From IMG/VR virus record IMGVR_UViG_3300017917_002280, positions 2,307-66,306 of that record: DNA of 64,000 nt; one strand, given 5' to 3'. This DNA comes from a virus. A program made the position numbers and the translations under genes. Below, piece by piece: positions 10,088-22,713 of this stretch. Below the pieces are notes generated by a model. It saw only the letters and a program-made list of their open reading frames with translations. It did not search any database and had not been told where the DNA came from. The first letter of the stretch is position 1, and each line of letters opens with the position of its first letter.

Positions 10088-10741
10088 TTACCAGTCTACT
10101 GAAGTGCTTACAGTAGTGTCTGCCTCAACACCCATAAAGAAGTTCTCTTGGTCAGAGTAAGGCACTGAACGCACAGCTACCTTCTCAAGATCAAACGGCT
10201 CCACGCCAGACCAGTCAAACTCTTCTGTGTCAGTAGCAAGTGGAATCAAGGCGTAACTTGTCTGCGTCCCTGTTCCGTTTCGCTTCAATCTCCAGTTGAG
10301 GTTGGTAATTGAATTTGTGTCGCCTGCATATTCAATAAGCATTGTGGTAGTTGGTGACTTTGGACCTACGCCCTGAGAAAATACTGCTACATACTTCTCT
10401 GTGCCATCATCTACTAGAACATTTGTGTAGAACCGCAACTTTGCCTTCCAGCCAGCCTTTGGGTCCTTACGGTGCTGCTCGCAACCAAAACAACGACCCT
10501 CTTCCTCTAGGGAACAAAGAGCCTTGCGGCGATAATCTTTTGGATTTGTGTGCTCTGCGACAACAATAGCCAGACCTCTGTCTGGCGAATAACTAGGCGA
10601 ATCTGCGTCAACCTCGTTAATAAAACGAATCTTAACGCTTTGCCCATCGGCAAGCTTTAGCCACTTTGCCTTTGGCCCTTCTTCAAACTTGGGGCCGTCC
10701 ATCTTTTTTCTAATTGCACTTAGACCTGTGATGATACTCAT
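10088..10741 (-). CDS. Single-stranded DNA-binding protein (gp32-like)
   Basis: WLKLADGQSVKIRF, C..CFGC zinc motif, KRNGTGTQTSY and an acidic VDW tail. Sits between primase and polymerase. Confidence 0.75.
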   Translation of the reverse strand: MSIITGLSAIRKKMDGPKFEEGPKAKWLKLADGQSVKIRFINEVDADSPSYSPDRGLAIVVAEHTNPKDYRRKALCSLEEEGRCFGCEQHRKDPKAGWKAKLRFYTNVLVDDGTEKYVAVFSQGVGPKSPTTTMLIEYAGDTNSITNLNWRLKRNGTGTQTSYALIPLATDTEEFDWSGVEPFDLEKVAVRSVPYSDQENFFMGVEADTTVSTSVDW

Positions 10742-10786
10742 ATATTTCTCCTTAGTAGTTGACCCTATTAGTGGGTCTGTGTGTAC

Positions 10787-10815
10787 ATTATATCAGAAAA
10801 GTGGCGGTGTGTCAA
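10787..10815 (-). promoter_or_regulatory. Consensus promoter for ssb (TTGACA-N17-TATAAT, extended TG)
   Basis: Minus strand TTGACA at 10815-10810 and TGaTATAAT ending at 10787. Confidence 0.75.
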
Positions 10816-11722
10816 ATAGGGCAGATATCTGCTCGTCTGACAGGTCACCAACATCTTTTCCGTTAGTTATTTTGATTACTGTAATATCTTTAGAGTAGAT
10901 ATTATCATTTATTTTCGCAACCATTTCCTTGCCTGCATCATCATTATCTGGAATGATGAATATTGATTTCGCATATTTTTCTAATAGTTCTATTTGATAT
11001 CTACTTATTGTTGCGCCAAGACTAGCAACAGCATTATATCCAAGCTGGCATAATCTTATTGCATCAAATGAAGACTCAACAACAACAATGTCATTAAATT
11101 TACAATTAGATATATTAAAAAGCGTTTTACTTTTTTTCATTCCGGGAGAATTTTTAAAATCTTTTCCCTCAACCGAACGGGCAACAAACCCCATACATTT
11201 AGAAAATGGATCATATACTGGAACAATTACCATATCTTGTTTGTCAGAATATCCCAATTTAAACTTTTTAATTGACGAAATATTTATTTTCCTTGATGCA
11301 AAATACTCCATAGCCCTCTCAGAATGCAAGCAGTTATTATGCAAGCGTTCAATTGTTGCCAAATCATATTCTTCTCCTTGCTCAATATCAAGTTTGTTTA
11401 TAATAGATAGTGAAATATCTTCAGACTTTTCCTTTGATTTGATAAATCTAGTTGCTTCAAAATACGAACGATTTGTTGTATTCATAACAATATCCATTAG
11501 TGTTCCATTTTCAGAACAAGCAAAGCAAATAAACAGACCGCTTTCCTTATCAACCTCACACGCCGGGGTGTTTGTATTGTAGTGAAATGGACACATAATC
11601 ATATAGTGTGAATCAATTTCATTTGCTATTGTGATTCCACAAGAGATTAATACCTCTTTAACCTGTGCAGGAGAGTAGTATTCTATCTTATTAAATTGTG
11701 ATTTATTACTCCCGAATAACAT
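10793..11722 (-). CDS. dnaG: DNA primase (CHC2 zinc finger + Toprim)
   Basis: CPFH...CFAC, VVESSFDAI and PDNDDAG. Confidence 0.9.
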   Translation of the reverse strand: MLFGSNKSQFNKIEYYSPAQVKEVLISCGITIANEIDSHYMIMCPFHYNTNTPACEVDKESGLFICFACSENGTLMDIVMNTTNRSYFEATRFIKSKEKSEDISLSIINKLDIEQGEEYDLATIERLHNNCLHSERAMEYFASRKINISSIKKFKLGYSDKQDMVIVPVYDPFSKCMGFVARSVEGKDFKNSPGMKKSKTLFNISNCKFNDIVVVESSFDAIRLCQLGYNAVASLGATISRYQIELLEKYAKSIFIIPDNDDAGKEMVAKINDNIYSKDITVIKITNGKDVGDLSDEQISALFDTPPLF

Positions 11723-11964
11723 CTTGCATTTGCCTTTCCAATATAGATACCATAAATTGTCAGTATGAAGTTATATTTATCCTTGTTGTATTTTATACTA
11801 AAGGCAGAGTCTATGTCAAATATTGGAACATATCCGCGATATTTCATAGTTTTAACTAGTACATCTTCGTATTGTGTCCTAATTCTAGTCATAACAGAAT
11901 CATCAGAGAAACTACCCTCTATATGAAATTCTTTTATTTTCTTATGACCTACATAGGTTTCCAC
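11683..11964 (-). CDS. Hypothetical protein (GTG start, probably leaderless)
   Basis: 93-aa ORF with TGGTATAAT 6 nt upstream of the start. Confidence 0.6.
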   Translation of the reverse strand: METYVGHKKIKEFHIEGSFSDDSVMTRIRTQYEDVLVKTMKYRGYVPIFDIDSAFSIKYNKDKYNFILTIYGIYIGKANARCYSGVINHNLIR

Positions 11965-11981
11965 ATGCTAATTATACCAAG

Positions 11982-13208
11982 TTATTGAAAATTAGGGTCA
12001 AGAACTTCCTTAAACCTGCCAGAATCAAAACTGCATTCCATGATGAAATCCCCAAGAAAGCCGTTACGATTCTTTCTAAATGCACATTCAAGGATGTCGC
12101 TATTCTGCTTTCTTCCCATCGCCAAAACCCAGTCTGCGTCATACGCGATCTGGCGTGACCATGCAACCTGTCCCAACTGAGGAACTGATTCAAGGTCGGA
12201 TGAGTCGTCTGGAGTGGCTGATGCAATAGCAACGATTGGAATCTGCTCTGAGATAGCAAGAAGTTTTAGCTCCCTAGACAAGTTTTTAATTTTTACGGTT
12301 TCATTTCCGTATGTTCCATTGTTATCACTCATTAACTGTAGATAGTCAATGAAGATAATGTCTGGCTTGTACTGGTCAATCTTACCACGAATAACATTTG
12401 GATTCACTTCAGATCCGGTATCATTAGAAACAATCTTGAATGATTGCTTGCCTTTAAGATTTTGCTCTGCCCAAGATGTAAAACTTTGGGTATCAACTCT
12501 TCCTGCGCTCATTCCACGATGCGAGAATTTACCATCACCCATAATTGTAAAAATACGATTACGAACCTCTTGCTCTGTCATTTCCAACGACATAATCATT
12601 GGAGTTCTGCCAGTCTTCCAAGCTTGTGTAGCAAAATATAATGCAAGCCAAGATTTTCCAATTGCAGGATAGGCAAGCAAAATACCAAGTTGACCCTTTG
12701 CAATACCCATTGGCAAACAGGCGTCAAATGATGCGATATTCGTCTTGATTCCAACCTCACCGTTCTTTGCCGACTCTCTAGTCTTATCAAAATATAGCAA
12801 GGCATCATCAATATCCGTCACATCAATATCTCTAACAGCAGCGGTCACACGAGACATTACGGATAACTCATGGGTCAATTCCTGAAATGCCTTAGAGGAC
12901 TCATTGCCCTGAATAAGTGTGGCAGCTTTCTTGATGCTGTTCTTTAAAGAGTCGTCAAGGTAGGCCTGTCTCAACTTATTCATTTGATAAATTGTTGGTC
13001 CGGCATTCTGTGGCTCAAAGTCTCTGAATCTTGTGGCAATAAGTTCTGCGTCTGGAACCTGCTTTGTTGTCTGGTAATAATCTTTTATGAATCCCCAAAC
13101 ATCAGAACAGTCTTTAATGAGAGTATCTGCATTGTTCTCAAATAGGACATGGATATCCTTATTTTTACATACAGCTGAAATTACTTCAAGTTCTTCAAGA
13201 AATGCCAT
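11982..13208 (-). CDS. dnaB: DnaB-like replicative helicase
   Basis: AYPAIGKS Walker A, SLEM, IFIDYLQLM, LSRELKLLA, IAYDAD and KNRNG. Confidence 0.92.
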   Translation of the reverse strand: MAFLEELEVISAVCKNKDIHVLFENNADTLIKDCSDVWGFIKDYYQTTKQVPDAELIATRFRDFEPQNAGPTIYQMNKLRQAYLDDSLKNSIKKAATLIQGNESSKAFQELTHELSVMSRVTAAVRDIDVTDIDDALLYFDKTRESAKNGEVGIKTNIASFDACLPMGIAKGQLGILLAYPAIGKSWLALYFATQAWKTGRTPMIMSLEMTEQEVRNRIFTIMGDGKFSHRGMSAGRVDTQSFTSWAEQNLKGKQSFKIVSNDTGSEVNPNVIRGKIDQYKPDIIFIDYLQLMSDNNGTYGNETVKIKNLSRELKLLAISEQIPIVAIASATPDDSSDLESVPQLGQVAWSRQIAYDADWVLAMGRKQNSDILECAFRKNRNGFLGDFIMECSFDSGRFKEVLDPNFQ

Positions 13209-13527
13209 TAATGTACTCCTGCCTAATCTTCATTGTCTCTAATCTTCTTTGTTCTCTTAATTCTCTATCTTTTTTTTGTGCGAGCATTGATTGGTTTAGC
13301 GTATCGTAGTTATTATAAAACCAGTTTAGTGGGTGATTATCCTTGCTACAAATAAAATAGTAATCAAGGGTCTCTTTTACACTGTCAACACCAAAGTCTT
13401 CAATCAACGATTTCATGCCCCATTTTTCTTTGTGCTTGTTTATCGCTGGCCTAATGTTATATCTGTTTTCAAATAGCTTTGAGTAATACTGCAAAGCAGT
13501 ATAAATAGATGAATCATTTACTGTCAC
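13195..13527 (-). CDS. Hypothetical protein (possible helicase loader)
   Basis: Helical 110-aa ORF directly upstream of dnaB. Function inferred from position only. Confidence 0.5.
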   Translation of the reverse strand: MTVNDSSIYTALQYYSKLFENRYNIRPAINKHKEKWGMKSLIEDFGVDSVKETLDYYFICSKDNHPLNWFYNNYDTLNQSMLAQKKDRELREQRRLETMKIRQEYINGIS

Positions 13528-13745
13528 TTCATATCCTCAGCATCGTTTGCTTTTTCCAATAGTTTTGCTTCGACATAATTATACACGCGATTCATCGCTT
13601 CGTCAACATTCTCATTATCACGCACATAATCTTCTACGCCAAGATCAATATGGATGCTTTCATAATTTCCTAAATTTTTAACAAACTTAAGCCCGACTCT
13701 AACTCTGGTCGTCTGTTTCTCCTGAATTGGTTTGCTCTGTGCCAC
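13524..13745 (-). CDS. Hypothetical protein (NLGNYES motif)
   Basis: 73-aa ORF with GGAGG RBS. Confidence 0.65.
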   Translation of the reverse strand: MAQSKPIQEKQTTRVRVGLKFVKNLGNYESIHIDLGVEDYVRDNENVDEAMNRVYNYVEAKLLEKANDAEDMK

Positions 13746-14031
13746 TGTTTCCTCCTGTGAATCCTATTGGATGTTTTTCTTCTTCATGTTGTTCTTCGCC
13801 ATTTTGGTCTAAAATGAGTCGGGTGATATTATACCACCTATCTGCGACAGCAAGCAAGCCGTCCACATCATTTTTATTTTTTGCAATTTCCATAGATTCA
13901 ACAAGCACTTTTCCAGTTGCCACAATAGCAGACTCAGCAGATATTTCTGCGCCAATAAACTTTTTTAATTTTTGACTTGAAGATTCTATTTTCTTTTTCT
14001 TTTTTCTTAAGAAAAATCTTGGGATTGCCAT
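13699..14031 (-). CDS. Hypothetical protein
   Basis: 110-aa ORF overlapping its neighbours. Confidence 0.55.
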   Translation of the reverse strand: MAIPRFFLRKKKKKIESSSQKLKKFIGAEISAESAIVATGKVLVESMEIAKNKNDVDGLLAVADRWYNITRLILDQNGEEQHEEEKHPIGFTGGNSGTEQTNSGETDDQS

Positions 14032-14543
14032 ATTGGAACAAACTCTCCTTTATCATTTTTTACATAAAGCATTTGTCGTGATCCTAGTATAGCCTCTAAT
14101 TCTTCTTTAGTGGGAGTACCTTTTTGAGTTTTTATTATTCCGTCTTTTCTTGGTCTTCCACGATGAGTTTCTACAAAAACCTGTCTAATATTTTCAATAT
14201 CATCTGCTGAGAAATAATAATTTCCTTTTTCTCCAGCTTTTTGTGGTTTTGGTAATCTGCCCTGTTCTATTGCAACCCTAATTCTATCTGGGTGGCGATT
14301 TACTGCTTTAGCAGCTTCTCCAATTGTAAATGCTCTTTGTGAAAATTTTTTCATATCACGATATATGTAGGTAATTTCTTTATTCTGTGCAAAATTCCAA
14401 GTTAGGCAAGTGTTTGCTGGTTTATTTATATAAATAATATGATGAAGTTCATTGTTTATAAAAATACGCCTTCTGGCTTTTCTTTTTTCTAGAACCCCAT
14501 AATTGTTCTTCTTTGGTAGTCCATCTCTATCTTGTGCAACCAT
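14007..14543 (-). CDS. MerR-like HTH DNA-binding protein
   Basis: FTIGEAAKAVNRHPDRIR...YYFSADDIENIR and an AT-hook-like RGRPRK. Confidence 0.7.
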   Translation of the reverse strand: MVAQDRDGLPKKNNYGVLEKRKARRRIFINNELHHIIYINKPANTCLTWNFAQNKEITYIYRDMKKFSQRAFTIGEAAKAVNRHPDRIRVAIEQGRLPKPQKAGEKGNYYFSADDIENIRQVFVETHRGRPRKDGIIKTQKGTPTKEELEAILGSRQMLYVKNDKGEFVPIWQSQDFS

Positions 14544-14683
14544 TTTACGAACCCCTTATGTTTTTGTGGGTACTCAAAGTACCAAGCCTTGCCACAACCT
14601 AAACAATATAATTCCATATAAGTTTCAGTTGTCAGGTGTCTTTCAATTAGAATCCTTCCCTTACATTTTCTACATATTAACAT
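14489..14683 (-). CDS. Zinc-ribbon protein
   Basis: CRKCKGR...YCLGCG. Confidence 0.6.
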   Translation of the reverse strand: MLICRKCKGRILIERHLTTETYMELYCLGCGKAWYFEYPQKHKGFVKWLHKIEMDYQRRTIMGF

Positions 14684-14707
14684 ATTAATTTTTCCTAATT
14701 GTGCTAT

Positions 14708-15463
14708 TCATGTTTTAAATATCTTTCCATCAACAACGCAAGTATAATCGTTAATTTGAATCAATTGCATGTGTGGATATCCATTGACAACATGGGCAAT
14801 GGCAAATCCTGCTTGCCAATTTTTTGTGATGGTGTAGTCCATTTTTGATATATCTGTTAGGTGACCAATTTCATAGCCACGCAACTCCTGACCAGTGATG
14901 CTATATGTTTGATAGTAAGAACCCATGCGATGAGAGTGACCTCTTACAAGAGATACTCCCCAGTTATTTACATCATTTCTTACAGACTCTCCGGCATGCT
15001 TGGAGATCGATTCTCCGTGATGTGCGTACATATCGCCAAACCTATGAACAGGTGCTTGGTCATAATAGTGCCATTCAAATCCTGCGTTCTTATAATCATA
15101 CAGAGATTCAGGAGTAATAATTTCTAGAAAGGCTGGAGCTTTCTTAGCAAGATAATCTCCGTGCCTTGTCCATCCGTGATTTCCATCGTGAAAATGTTTA
15201 TCAGCCTTTGGAACAATCTTGTGAATCTCTTTTAAAAACTGCTTTGTTCCTTCAACGCCGCCGTCTCCTACTGGAATAGAAAATTCCATCGGATACTCTG
15301 CAGCCCAACGGCTTGTTGAGTCTGCATCATCAATATCTCCTAGCAAATCTACTGCATCCGGCTTCCAAGCTTTCATTACCTTTAGAAATAGTTCAACTTT
15401 TCTGGGATCATGGCGTGGGAAGTGAACATCGGACACCATCATCCATTTAATATCATTTGTCAT
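14708..15463 (-). CDS. Calcineurin-like metallophosphoesterase
   Basis: SDVH, LGDIDD, GNHG, HHG and GHSH motifs. Confidence 0.85.
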   Translation of the reverse strand: MTNDIKWMMVSDVHFPRHDPRKVELFLKVMKAWKPDAVDLLGDIDDADSTSRWAAEYPMEFSIPVGDGGVEGTKQFLKEIHKIVPKADKHFHDGNHGWTRHGDYLAKKAPAFLEIITPESLYDYKNAGFEWHYYDQAPVHRFGDMYAHHGESISKHAGESVRNDVNNWGVSLVRGHSHRMGSYYQTYSITGQELRGYEIGHLTDISKMDYTITKNWQAGFAIAHVVNGYPHMQLIQINDYTCVVDGKIFKT

Positions 15464-15480
15464 TTATTATCCTTAATTTA

Positions 15481-15909
15481 TTATGCTTGACCAATAGCCA
15501 TAAAATATAATAATGCGTCAGAGATGTCTGATGTTGAATGATTAAAATATTTTATTGAGAACTGTGTTTTATTTTGACCATAAACTTGCAAAGAAGAAAT
15601 GTAACTTGATCTAATATAAGGAAGTACAAAAACATTTGCGGAACCAAATGTTGTACCATATTCTATTCCTCTTACTTCACCAGCCGTTCCTTTAAGCATT
15701 TTAGATGTTATGACGGCAGCACCAATATGAATTTTATATTGAGAGTTCCCACTTAAAGCTGGAATTGGTGCTGGTTTATCTCCAACTGAAGTTGTTGTTA
15801 TTTCAACAACATTATTTATTTTTGTCTCTAAATCAGAAATAGAAGAAACTAAGCTATTTAGCCATTCAATTGTAAGGGGAGACCCATCGCTTAACTTTTG
15901 TACTGCCAT
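15481..15909 (-). CDS. Putative virion/tail protein
   Basis: 142 aa with a beta-rich C-terminus ending FMAIG. Last gene of the tail cluster. Confidence 0.5.
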   Translation of the reverse strand: MAVQKLSDGSPLTIEWLNSLVSSISDLETKINNVVEITTTSVGDKPAPIPALSGNSQYKIHIGAAVITSKMLKGTAGEVRGIEYGTTFGSANVFVLPYIRSSYISSLQVYGQNKTQFSIKYFNHSTSDISDALLYFMAIGQA

Positions 15910-16091
15910 TACTTATCTTCCTGTGTTGTATTTGAGCCTTGAGAAATCAGTTCCTGAATCTTCTGATCTCTAGCTTGTAGCTGTTCTGTTGCCTGTGCCT
16001 TAAGGACGGCAAGCTTTGTTTCGTAATCAGCAGTCATCTGTCCGATTCTTTGCTGTAGTTCTTGAATAATCAGTTCTAGTGTTTGTGACAT
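15909..16091 (-). CDS. Small coiled-coil protein
   Basis: 60 aa with GGAG RBS. Confidence 0.65.
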   Translation of the reverse strand: MSQTLELIIQELQQRIGQMTADYETKLAVLKAQATEQLQARDQKIQELISQGSNTTQEDK

Positions 16092-16101
16092 TTATATCTC
16101 C

Positions 16102-16365
16102 TTAGTTTGGTTCGCTAATTATAGCATACTTTTCTGGTGGTTCAATCCATTGATTGTTTTCCCATTTCCACCCAATTTGTGCAACTCCATTGTCGCAGCA
16201 ACATATTATATCTAATTCTTCTCCATAAATCAAGGGGGAGTCATTTTTTATATTTTGCAATAATTCTTGGTCATGTTCTGAAAAGATTAAAACTTGTTTT
16301 ACATATCCATTTATATCAATAAGTGCGTGTGGGTGTGTTTCTATATGATCCATTATGCCTGCCAC
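16102..16365 (-). CDS. Tail-fibre-associated small protein
   Basis: HALID...AQIGWKWENNQWIEP, a pattern typical of genes following Gly-rich fibre genes. Confidence 0.55.
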   Translation of the reverse strand: MAGIMDHIETHPHALIDINGYVKQVLIFSEHDQELLQNIKNDSPLIYGEELDIICCCDNGVAQIGWKWENNQWIEPPEKYAIISEPN

Positions 16366-17240
16366 CTCACTATAACTATTCCAGCCCCACCAGAACCTCC
16401 AGTGGTAGATGTTCCAGAAACGGTTGGCCTACCTCCTCCTCCGCCACCGGAACCATATCCAGATGTATTGGCAACAATGGTAGCGTTGGAACCATTCACT
16501 CCTCCAACTGCTCCATTTCCTCCGCCAGTTGCTCCAGAACCCGCAACAAAGGTAGTTCTAACTCCACCACCTCCTCCGCCAGAAACGGCAATTGAGTTAG
16601 TTCCAGATACAAGACTTATTAAAGATCCAGAAGTGCCATCTGTCCAATAAAATGTTTTTCCCGCACCACCATTTCCAGCAGATGATGAAGCATATGAACC
16701 TCCAGATGCACTTGATCCACCTCCACCTCCAGATGTTCCGCGAGTATTTCCGCTTCCACCAGCAAATGCATACCCAGTTCCACCAGTTCCAGCATTTGCG
16801 GTTCCTGCTGGTTGAATTGTATCGCCATTTGCTAAATCATAAAGATAGTATCCTCCACCACCTGCACCACCATTTACTCCGCCAGTTCCTCCACCATTTG
16901 CAACAACTGCAGCTCCAAATGATGAATTGCTTCCATTGGTACTGCTTCCACCATTATTTCCAATTGTTACCGTGACATTTCCCGTAACTGAAACTGCTGA
17001 TGCGTAAACTACACCGCCAGCACCACCCCCAGCGCCTGCATAATCTGTGGCATTTGCTCCAGATAAAAAGAATCCCGCACCTCCACCAGCACCTCCAGCT
17101 ACAACCAAAACCTCAACACTAGAAACTGTAGACGGCTTTGTCCATGTTCCAGTTGTGGTAAATATTTGGGTGTTCCATGATGGTGTTCCAGAAACAGATG
17201 CTGACTGACTTGATGCTAATATTCCTAGTGAGATTGGCAT
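16353..17240 (-). CDS. Glycine-rich tail fibre / virion protein
   Basis: FTTTGTWTKP, VLVVAGGAGGG and GGSGGAGIVIVRW. Likely start [10 protein letters not shown] at 17240, coupled to the upstream stop. Confidence 0.7.
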   Translation of the reverse strand: MPISLGILASSQSASVSGTPSWNTQIFTTTGTWTKPSTVSSVEVLVVAGGAGGGAGFFLSGANATDYAGAGGGAGGVVYASAVSVTGNVTVTIGNNGGSSTNGSNSSFGAAVVANGGGTGGVNGGAGGGGYYLYDLANGDTIQPAGTANAGTGGTGYAFAGGSGNTRGTSGGGGGSSASGGSYASSSAGNGGAGKTFYWTDGTSGSLISLVSGTNSIAVSGGGGGGVRTTFVAGSGATGGGNGAVGGVNGSNATIVANTSGYGSGGGGGGRPTVSGTSTTGGSGGAGIVIVRWQA

Positions 17241-17946
17241 TATGCTATATTTCCTATTCCTACCCAGCTTCCAGAGCCACGATATAATAATGTTATTGCT
17301 GACCATTGGGCTTTTGTTTTACATGTCCCACTTGTGGGCGAATAATAATTAAGAACATCCGTTGATGTTATTTGAACAGAACCAGTTCCTGCCTGAAGAA
17401 TATCTATTCTTGTTCCCTTTTTCCAAGAAACTGTGGAAGATGATGGAATTGTAACAGAAATAGTTGAAGATGCTGTAAACTCAATCGCTCTTCCTGAATC
17501 TACGAGCCCAAGAGTATACGATGTCACAGAAGATGTGGTTATTGTTTGATTATAAACAACATTTCCGTCTGTTGTAAAGTTTCCAGAAACATCTAAAGAT
17601 GTTACAGACGAACTTCCCTTCCACCATTCTGTTAGGTTAGCAGTACTTGATGCTGTTCCCTGAACAACCAGACCTCTTTGTGTTGTATCTGTTGATATTG
17701 AAAGTTTTGTGCTTCCAACGCCAGAAGATGAGCCTATATAAAAGTCGTACCATTGATTTGATGTTAAAACTCTTTGTGGATATATTCCATCAAATGTGAA
17801 TACTGCACTTGCAGGCATGTAATAAAACATTTCTCCCGGATTGGCAAATGATGGAAATCCTTGTAGCGGGCCAATACTAATTTGAGTTTGTACGGGTGTA
17901 ATAATATATGGGTATGCACTTGCACCAGAATCTTGGTATCCCTGTA

Positions 17947-17950
<4 letters not shown>
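17240..17950 (-). CDS. Tail fibre-like protein
   Basis: C-terminal domain (YTLGLVDSG...[12 protein letters not shown]...WVGIGNI) is paralogous to the C-terminus of 20534-22417. Confidence 0.6.
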
Positions 17951-20147
<2,197 letters not shown>

Positions 20148-20148
<1 letters not shown>

Positions 20149-20504
20149 TAATAAACCACTCCGGGGTCAACATTGAATGTACCCCTTAAAAGGGTTTTTG
20201 CAAAACTTCCGCTTTCCATTCTTAATTGATAAGAAGAGTAAGGAACATCAAACATTTCTGTTTGTTCTGAGGTTAAGTTTACATCAATTATTCCGCTTGC
20301 AGATATTACGGAAAGTCCAGATCCAACATGGGTATCGCCGTCCCAAGTGGCAGAGGCACATAAAAACACACCATCTGTTTGGTCTTTAATTTTCATAACA
20401 AAATCATATCCGCTTAAATCAACTGGCTGACCGCTAGGATCTTTATATAAAATTCTTATTATAAATGAATCTCCAGATATGATTTCAAAATTTGTGTTTT
20501 CCAT
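20148..20504 (-). CDS. Fibre-adaptor / BppU-like small virion protein
   Basis: GDSF...PVDLSGY...TLLRGTFNV pattern. GGAGG RBS. Confidence 0.6.
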
Positions 20505-20533
20505 CAGTCACCTCCTTGTTATTATATCATTAA

Positions 20534-22417
20534 TTAAGTCAAGTTTCCTACTAAAACCCATTCGTTTGCAGCTCTATACATTAAAGTCGCCGCCCCATAT
20601 CTTCCTTTAATTGAAGCTGTTGCAGCACTTGTTGGGGAATAATATCTCAATGTCACGCTGGCGGCAGGAGATATTGTTGTTACTCCTGCTCCATATTGAA
20701 CAATATCTATTCTTGAGCCTATTGCCCATGCTACAGTTGAAGATGCTGGAACTGTAATTGTATTTGCTACAGATGCTGTCATTTCAACAAATTTTCCAGA
20801 ATCGGTTAAGGCTAGGCTGTATGCTGAACTTGACTGGCTATTTGTTGCTTGGTTGTAAATGACATTTCCTGTAGCAATAACATCTCCAGATACTGATGCG
20901 TTCGATGTAAATGAACCAGTTGTTGCTATTAAAGCACCGCCCAAAGTGGTTGTATTTGCATAAACTCTTAAATTTGCAATTGTATTGTTTATAGTTCCAG
21001 TTCTTACTATTCTCATTTCGGCATTTGTATCTGCCGATGATGTTCCCGATTGTAGTAAAAATAATCCACTAGATGCAGTTATAGCACCTGTTAAATTAGA
21101 TAATGATGTCGTATCGTTAAATTTTAATGCACCACTTGAATCAATAGCCGATAGCACGGAACCCGAAGAATTTTGCCATTCTATTAAGTTGGCGGATTGG
21201 GAAGCTATCCCCTGAATTTTTACTGGAACATTTGCCGTATTCCCTGTGGAAAAATATGCAGTTCTATATACTTGAAGAATTCCTCCAGAAGTTATGTTTA
21301 AAATATTTGTTCCGCCGCTATCTTGCCATTGAGTTAGCGGTGCGCTTTGACCAGCTGCTGCTTTTATTGCTAAATTTCCATCTCCAGCTGTTGAGTATAA
21401 AGATAGTGTTACAGAACTTCCACCCGCTGCAACTATTGCAGCGGAACTACCAACAATAAATTTACCAGCATTATTTATTGCAGATAGTATTGTTCCTGAA
21501 TTATTCTGCCATTGCATTAAATCTGCTGTTTGACCAGATGATGCCTTGAATAGCCCGACTATATTACTAGTTGATGTTGATGTTACTGAAAATTGAGTAT
21601 TGGAAATATATCCGCTTCCAATTGTTCCTGTTCCAGATAAACCTAAACTTCCCCCGTTATCAATATAGGCAACTTGAGTTGGGGTGGAATTTTGCCAAGA
21701 TTGAAGCACTGCAGACTGACCAGAGTTTCCCCTTACTGTCCAAACAACATTTGACGATGTGTGTGGAAACACAATTAGTTCATTTCCACCCGCAGCACCT
21801 ATGTATCCGTTTCCAGTATTCCCATAAAGTCTTGTTACTCTCAAATAGCCGTTTGCACTCATATCGGCAAGTGATGTTCCTGATGAATCAATCCATCTTT
21901 GAAGTGCTTCAGACTGGCTTGCTGCTCCCCTTATGACAATTCCGGGGGTTGTAGATGCACCTGTGTATACACTTAATGTTGCTAAAGAACCATAGGAAAT
22001 TGCAACACTTCCACCAACTACAAATTGACCAGATGCATTAACTGTGCTTAATACTGTTCCGCCTGATGTTTGCCATTGTGTTATGTCTTGAGTTTGACCA
22101 GAAGTTCCTCTAATTCTTAACATTATATTTGTTGGGCTATCCCCACTTATATTTAAGAATGTTCCATTCCATTGACCATATTGATCTATTCTTGATGAAA
22201 TTGCACTGGCAGAACTTTGAATTTCAAGTATATTTGTTGACTGTCCAGTTGCTGCTCTTATCACTAAGGGTACAGTTGTGGATGCATTATTGCTGATAAC
22301 CTGCCCACCAAATGTGAAAATATTAGATGCTCCCAATTGGGCATAACCAGATGCGGCAATGTTATTAAGTGATGCAGAATTGTTTACATCTGTAGGCGTA
22401 ACATAAAATCTGGGCAT
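20534..22417 (-). CDS. Repeat-rich tail fibre protein
   Basis: Seven copies of a GQ(S/T)A.L..WQ.S.G..L..I...G repeat. Ser/Thr/Gly-rich. Confidence 0.7.
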   Translation of the reverse strand: MPRFYVTPTDVNNSASLNNIAASGYAQLGASNIFTFGGQVISNNASTTVPLVIRAATGQSTNILEIQSSASAISSRIDQYGQWNGTFLNISGDSPTNIMLRIRGTSGQTQDITQWQTSGGTVLSTVNASGQFVVGGSVAISYGSLATLSVYTGASTTPGIVIRGAASQSEALQRWIDSSGTSLADMSANGYLRVTRLYGNTGNGYIGAAGGNELIVFPHTSSNVVWTVRGNSGQSAVLQSWQNSTPTQVAYIDNGGSLGLSGTGTIGSGYISNTQFSVTSTSTSNIVGLFKASSGQTADLMQWQNNSGTILSAINNAGKFIVGSSAAIVAAGGSSVTLSLYSTAGDGNLAIKAAAGQSAPLTQWQDSGGTNILNITSGGILQVYRTAYFSTGNTANVPVKIQGIASQSANLIEWQNSSGSVLSAIDSSGALKFNDTTSLSNLTGAITASSGLFLLQSGTSSADTNAEMRIVRTGTINNTIANLRVYANTTTLGGALIATTGSFTSNASVSGDVIATGNVIYNQATNSQSSSAYSLALTDSGKFVEMTASVANTITVPASSTVAWAIGSRIDIVQYGAGVTTISPAASVTLRYYSPTSAATASIKGRYGAATLMYRAANEWVLVGNLT

Positions 22418-22704
22418 TATACCCCCTGTCTCAGAACATTAACCGTTTGAGTTCCAGAGGCAACCGTTGCATATAATAATTCATCTGATTGTAAATCAAT
22501 TGCTATCGACTGATTAGCCGCTAAAGCAAATCCATAAACTGTTGTTGTAACATCAGCACCACCTAAAAATACTGTTACTGATGATGTGTTCTGAACAAGA
22601 ATTGAAATTCCTGCCTGATTTGATTTTATAGGGTCAACAAACAATGTTGGAGTTAGGGGGGTGGCTGAAGTACCAACTGTTATTCTTAATCCATTAATAG
22701 CCAT
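22417..22704 (-). CDS. Small beta-sandwich virion protein
   Basis: 95 aa with GGAGG RBS, within the tail cluster. Confidence 0.55.
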   Translation of the reverse strand: MAINGLRITVGTSATPLTPTLFVDPIKSNQAGISILVQNTSSVTVFLGGADVTTTVYGFALAANQSIAIDLQSDELLYATVASGTQTVNVLRQGV

Positions 22705-22713
22705 TTATGCCTC

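Noticed and set aside
5423-13208. Inteins or introns in recA, dnaE or dnaB (also nrdJ and the visible part of terL)
   Set aside because: Protein lengths are normal, motifs are contiguous, and no C...HN splice signatures were seen.
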